Source: Fibrobacterota bacterium (GTDB lineage Bacteria; Fibrobacterota; Fibrobacteria; UBA11236). Taken from it: DNA of 12,496 nt. The notes beneath the pieces were generated by a model. It worked only from the letters and a program-made list of their open reading frames with translations, did not search any database and had not been told where the DNA came from. Below are positions 8,595-12,496 of this stretch, in pieces (the stretch's first letter is position 1; each line of letters opens with the position of its first letter). The translations under genes were made by a program, and so were the position numbers. The stretch is from assembly GCA_043753995.1 (NCBI GenBank), contig JAYUVP010000290.1, positions 1 through 12,496 of the forward strand, given 5' to 3'.

Positions 8595-9901
8595 CGGCGT
8601 CTGCGTCCAATTCCCCGTCTACCGCGCCCTTACCGACAACAAGCTTGGTGCCGCGTGCAGCGACCACCTTATTCCTAAGGCCTGCAGCCCAGCCCAGTTT
8701 GCCTCCGGCATTTGAGGCAGGCCTGAACAGCCTAGCCGCAGCCCTGACGCCAGCGGTCTATGCTCCTGATGCCCCCATTCGCCTAGCGGCCTTGGCCAGG
8801 CTAAAAGCCTTGGGCTTGCCCACAAATCGCGACGAGGCTTTCACCTCGGTTCGCCTTTCAGATATTTTGCCTAAGCTGGCTTCCGTACCGACGGCCTTGC
8901 CCGTTTTAACCACGGTTTCCGGCCTTGGCCTCAGTGAGAATCTGCCTTGGATTGAAAGCGCCAAGACCGCCTGGAATAAAGACTTAGAAGAAGAGACTGA
9001 TGCCCCAGGTTTAATTGCCTTAACTTTTTCCTCCCCTCCGCTCTGGACGACCACCTCCTCGCCTACCGACTCGGAAGCCTTTACCGATATCACCTTGAAC
9101 TGGCCCGATGCTCCCGCAGAGTCTCACCAGGCTTTCGCGGCTGGCCTGCATATTCCCGCCGGGCAGACAGCCCGGGTTGGCATGCATTCCGAACTTTCGG
9201 GCGAACTTGCGGACCGATTGCTTAACACCTCCCTGTGGGTGCATGTGGGTGCCAATGCTACGCTGCATTTTTATGCCACCGATGCCGAGGGAGAAGGAGT
9301 GCGTTCGCTCACTCGCCTCCGCTTTCATGTGGAGGCTGGGGCAACCTTGCATTTGCATTTGGGCACCACGGGCAATGCCCTGGCGCGCACCTCGGTGCAA
9401 ATCGATTTGGCCGGCTCCGGAGCGCATGCCGAAATCCTTGGCACCGCAGTACTCACGGGACAAATGCAAGCACATCGTCATTTGCTGATTCGTCATCTCG
9501 CGCCCCAGGCTACCTCTCGGCAATTGTTCAAGACCGTTTTGGCAGAGAAAAGCCGCAGCAGCGTCGATGGCACCATTGAGGTAGCCCGTGGCGCCAAGGG
9601 AACTTCAGCGAGTCAAACCCTGCGCAACCTTTTGCTCAGCGACGAAGCCCGCGCCGACTCCAAGCCCCGCCTCTTGATTCGCAATGACGATGTGAAATGC
9701 AATCACGGCGCGACCACGGGCCGCCTCGATGAAGCCCAACGCTTCTATTTGCGCTCGCGCGGACTCACCGATGCCCAGGCTGTCGCCTTGCTCACGGGGG
9801 CCTTTTTGCAAGAGACCTTACAGGACGTTCCAGCGGGGCCCCATCGCAGCAGCCTCGATGCCACACTTCACCGATTATTGGCTGCGGCCCTGAAAGCCTG
9901 A
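8591..9901 (+). CDS. sufD: Fe-S cluster assembly protein SufD
   Basis: ATGA overlap with sufC. N-terminal GLPTNRDEAF, and C-terminal beta-helix motifs SRQLFK, NLLLSDEARADSKPRLLIRNDDVKCNHGATTG and FYLRSRGL. The N-terminal half is divergent, so the exact start is uncertain. Confidence 0.92.
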   Translation: MTASASNSPSTAPLPTTSLVPRAATTLFLRPAAQPSLPPAFEAGLNSLAAALTPAVYAPDAPIRLAALARLKALGLPTNRDEAFTSVRLSDILPKLASVPTALPVLTTVSGLGLSENLPWIESAKTAWNKDLEEETDAPGLIALTFSSPPLWTTTSSPTDSEAFTDITLNWPDAPAESHQAFAAGLHIPAGQTARVGMHSELSGELADRLLNTSLWVHVGANATLHFYATDAEGEGVRSLTRLRFHVEAGATLHLHLGTTGNALARTSVQIDLAGSGAHAEILGTAVLTGQMQAHRHLLIRHLAPQATSRQLFKTVLAEKSRSSVDGTIEVARGAKGTSASQTLRNLLLSDEARADSKPRLLIRNDDVKCNHGATTGRLDEAQRFYLRSRGLTDAQAVALLTGAFLQETLQDVPAGPHRSSLDATLHRLLAAALKA

Positions 9902-9902
9902 A

Positions 9903-11159
9903 ATGGCCACCTTCACCCTCGACACCTCACCTCTGGATATCGCCAAGCTCAAGGCCGATTTTCCGGTTTTAAGTCGTCCTCCTGAGGCCTGGGGCGGCAA
10001 GCCCCTGATTTATCTCGACTCGGCCGCGACCACACAAAAGCCCACGGTTGTCATCGACGCCATGGATCGCTTTTATCGCGAAAGCTACGGAACGGTTCGG
10101 CGGGGAGTGTATCGCCTCAGCGAAAAGGCCACCGCCGCCTTTGAAGGCACACGCAAAAAAATAGCCACGCTCATCGGTGCAAGTTCTGATAAAGAAATCA
10201 TTTACACCAAGGGCACCACCGACAGCCTCAACCTTTTGGCCTATAGCTTGGCTCGTGGAAAGCTAAAGGCGGGCGACGAAATCCTGCTCTCGCAAATCGA
10301 GCATCACGCCAATATCGTGCCCTGGCAAATCGCCTGCGAAATGAGCGGGGCGGTGATTCGCGTCATTCCGGTGCTCGACAATGGCGAACTCGACCAGGAG
10401 GCCTATCGCAATTTGCTTTCGCCTAAGACCAAGGTGGTCTCGGTCAATCACATCTCCAATGCCCTGGGGACTATCAACCCCATTACTGCCATGGCGCGAG
10501 ATGCTCACGCGGTTGGCGCACTCTTCATTGCCGATGGCGCACAGAGCATTGCCCACATGCCCGTCGATGTGCAGGCTCTCGGCGTAGACTTCTTCGCCTT
10601 TTCGGGGCACAAGATGTTCGGCCCTACCGGCATCGGCGTCTTATGGGGCAAATACGATTTGCTGGCCAGCCTACCTCCCTTTGAAGGCGGCGGCGATATG
10701 ATTCGGACCGTCACTTTCGAGAAAACGACTTATCAAGACCCACCCCATCGCTTCGAAGCCGGAACGCCGGCCATAGTCGAAGTGGTCGGCCTTTCTGCCG
10801 CGGTGGACTATTTGATGTCGGTGGGTTTGTCCCGCATCGAACAGCATGAAAAAACGTTGTTGGATTATGGCACCAAGGTCCTGAAAGCCCTGCCCGGTTT
10901 GCGTCTTATCGGCGAAGCTGCGCAGAAGGGCGGCATACTCTCATTCACTTTAGACGGCATTCATCCCCACGATATCGGCACCCTGCTCGACGAAGAAGGC
11001 ATAGCCATCCGAGCGGGACATCATTGCGCCCAGCCCACCATGGCCCGTTTCGGCGTGGCCGCTACGGCGCGCGCCTCGTTCGGGCCTTATAATACCCAGG
11101 CCGATATCGACGCTTTGGCTGCCGCCATTGTTCGCTTGCAAGCTCTTTTTGCCGGATAA
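9903..11159 (+). CDS. sufS: SufS-type (group II) cysteine desulfurase
   Basis: YLDSAATTQKP, EHHANIVPWQ, PLP lysine in FSGHKMFGPTGIG, FEAGTP, and the catalytic RAGHHCAQP. Confidence 0.97.
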   Translation: MATFTLDTSPLDIAKLKADFPVLSRPPEAWGGKPLIYLDSAATTQKPTVVIDAMDRFYRESYGTVRRGVYRLSEKATAAFEGTRKKIATLIGASSDKEIIYTKGTTDSLNLLAYSLARGKLKAGDEILLSQIEHHANIVPWQIACEMSGAVIRVIPVLDNGELDQEAYRNLLSPKTKVVSVNHISNALGTINPITAMARDAHAVGALFIADGAQSIAHMPVDVQALGVDFFAFSGHKMFGPTGIGVLWGKYDLLASLPPFEGGGDMIRTVTFEKTTYQDPPHRFEAGTPAIVEVVGLSAAVDYLMSVGLSRIEQHEKTLLDYGTKVLKALPGLRLIGEAAQKGGILSFTLDGIHPHDIGTLLDEEGIAIRAGHHCAQPTMARFGVAATARASFGPYNTQADIDALAAAIVRLQALFAG

Positions 11160-11203
11160 ACCCACCGGATAATCGCCGACTCTAAGCGGAAGCCCCTAAC
11201 CTT

Positions 11204-11659
11204 ATGTCGCAGTCGAATGCCCTCTATCAGCAAGTCATCCTTGACCACAATCGCAATCCACGAAACTTCCGGGTAATGCCCGAAGCTACCCATCATTGCG
11301 AAGGCCATAACCCCTTATGCGGCGACCACATAACTGTATTTGCCAAGGTCGACTCCCAAGGCCAAATCGAGGACCTGAGCTTTCAAGGCAATGGCTGCGC
11401 CATTTCCAAGGCCAGTGCTTCTCTGATGACGGCCGGACTTAAGGGCAAAACCCAGGGCGAGGCCCGGGAACTCTTTAGCGAATTCCATGGCATGGTCACC
11501 GGGGAATTCGACCCCGAGGCCAAGGTGAATCACCTGGGTAAACTGACCCTGTTCCTAGGCGTCAAGGAATACAGCAGCCGCATCAAGTGCGCCACCCTTG
11601 CCTGGCATGCTCTTATGGCGGCTTTTGATAAAAGCGAGAGCGCCACGACCGAAACCTAA
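11204..11659 (+). CDS. sufU: SUF-system sulfur-transfer protein SufU (NifU/IscU family)
   Basis: LYQQVILDH..NPRN, NPLCGD, GCAISKASAS and RIKCATLAWHA give three Cys plus Asp. It has the SufU-type insertion, lacks the IscU LPPVK motif, and follows sufS. Confidence 0.93.
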   Translation: MSQSNALYQQVILDHNRNPRNFRVMPEATHHCEGHNPLCGDHITVFAKVDSQGQIEDLSFQGNGCAISKASASLMTAGLKGKTQGEARELFSEFHGMVTGEFDPEAKVNHLGKLTLFLGVKEYSSRIKCATLAWHALMAAFDKSESATTET

Positions 11660-11669
11660 GGACCAGGTT

Positions 11670-11692
11670 CCCAAGCTCGCAACCTGCTTGGG
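11670..11692 (+). other. Stem-loop after sufU (possible weak terminator or processing site)
   Basis: CCCAAGC-9nt-GCTTGGG forms a 7-bp stem with no poly-U tail. Confidence 0.35.
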
Positions 11693-11728
11693 CCGCGATG
11701 TGCTAAGTTTGCTTCGAAGAGGGAAAGT

Positions 11729-12496
11729 ATGAGCACTAGACTTCGATTTGCCGTTATCGGCCTGGGACAATGCGGTGGCAATCTTGCCAACCATTTCGCG
11801 AAATTCGGTTATCCGAGCATTGCCGTCAACACGTCCATCCTTGATCTCAAGGACTTGGCGCATATACCCGACAACCGCAAAATTCATATTCCCTTGAATG
11901 AAAGCGACGGCGCCGGCAAAGATCCGCGCATCGGAGAAAAATCGATTTACGCTCACTTGCCCGAGATTCTATCGGCAGTGCAGCAATTCGTCCAAGGCGC
12001 GGACGCCATTTTACTTGCAGCCGGACTCGGCGGTGGTACGGGCAGCAATATTGCTTTACTCGGCGGCCTCCTCAAACGTTTTAACTTGCCCATTGTTACT
12101 CTGGTCACCATACCTACCGACAATGAAAGCGCCTTGGCCAAAATCAATGCCCTGCGCGCCGTCAATCGTATTGTCTCGGAAAACTTCGATAGCTGCGTGC
12201 TCATCGACAATTCCAAGATCTTGCAACTTTTCCCCGACAGCAGCTTGGCGGCCTTTTATCCCCAGGCCAATGAATATGTGGTGAAGACATTCACCGACTT
12301 CAATTCGCTCTCCGCCGAATTCTCCGCCAAATGCCTCATCAGCTTTGACAATGAAGACTTCCGCAAGGTTTTACTGAGCAAGGGCATTTTGATCCTCGGC
12401 GAAACCGAACTTCGCACCTCGGATATCAAATCGCTCGATGACATTCTTCCCCGCCTCAAAGGCATTTGGGAAACCAGCGGCCTCATGGCGGAAGGC
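11729..12496 (+). CDS. Divergent tubulin/FtsZ-superfamily GTPase, TubZ-like (partial, 256 codons, open at the window end; absent from the ORF track)
   Basis: My translation: GAGGG RBS, then MSTRLRFAVIGLGQCGGNLANHFAKFGYPSIAVNTSILDL...DGAGKDPRIG...LAAGLGGGTGSN...VTIPTDNE...CVLIDNSK...FYPQAN...ISFDNEDFRKVL. T1, T2, T3, T4 (GGGTGS at 12029-12046), T5, T6 and T7 loop equivalents occur in the correct order and spacing, with no stop to the end of the window. Confidence 0.9.
   Translation, partial: MSTRLRFAVIGLGQCGGNLANHFAKFGYPSIAVNTSILDLKDLAHIPDNRKIHIPLNESDGAGKDPRIGEKSIYAHLPEILSAVQQFVQGADAILLAAGLGGGTGSNIALLGGLLKRFNLPIVTLVTIPTDNESALAKINALRAVNRIVSENFDSCVLIDNSKILQLFPDSSLAAFYPQANEYVVKTFTDFNSLSAEFSAKCLISFDNEDFRKVLLSKGILILGETELRTSDIKSLDDILPRLKGIWETSGLMAEG

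Noticed and set aside
11152..11172. Direct repeat CCGGATAA x2 at the sufS stop
   Set aside because: Two 8-bp copies only, compatible with chance or a tiny duplication. It is not an array or an att site that I can support.
11555..12486. Track ORFs 11555..11956(-), 11898..12284(+), 11953..12216(-) and 12256..12486(-)
   Set aside because: They are alternate-frame or antisense shadows of the real tubulin-like ORF starting at 11729 (and partly of sufU).
11729..12496. Annotating this ORF as canonical ftsZ
   Set aside because: It lacks the FtsZ-specific GGGG/NTD/GTGTG/IPN/NxDFAD motifs and the dcw context, so no gene symbol was given.
1..12496. CRISPR arrays, tRNA/rRNA genes, IS elements or integrases
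   Set aside because: No regularly spaced repeats, RNA-gene signatures, transposase ORFs or terminal inverted repeats were seen. Intergenic spaces are all under 180 bp.

Overview
Bacterial chromosomal window, probably from a Fibrobacterota/FCB-group organism (inferred from T9SS/Fibrobacteres-type sorting-like domains). The minus strand carries asnS, a secreted purple-acid-phosphatase-like metallophosphoesterase, and a tightly coupled run of exported hypothetical proteins (an endostatin/DUF1554-like protein, a Cys-rich lipoprotein and the start of a third gene). The plus strand, divergent from asnS, carries an Fe-S biogenesis operon: an atypical NifU-like gene whose IscU-like domain has lost its canonical cysteines, then sufB-sufC-sufD-sufS-sufU. 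A palindrome resembling an Rrf2/IscR-type operator sits in front of this operon. The most notable feature is missing from the ORF track because it runs off the window: from 11729, directly after sufU, an ORF encodes a divergent tubulin/FtsZ-superfamily GTPase with TubZ-like rather than FtsZ-like motifs, in a housekeeping chromosomal context.
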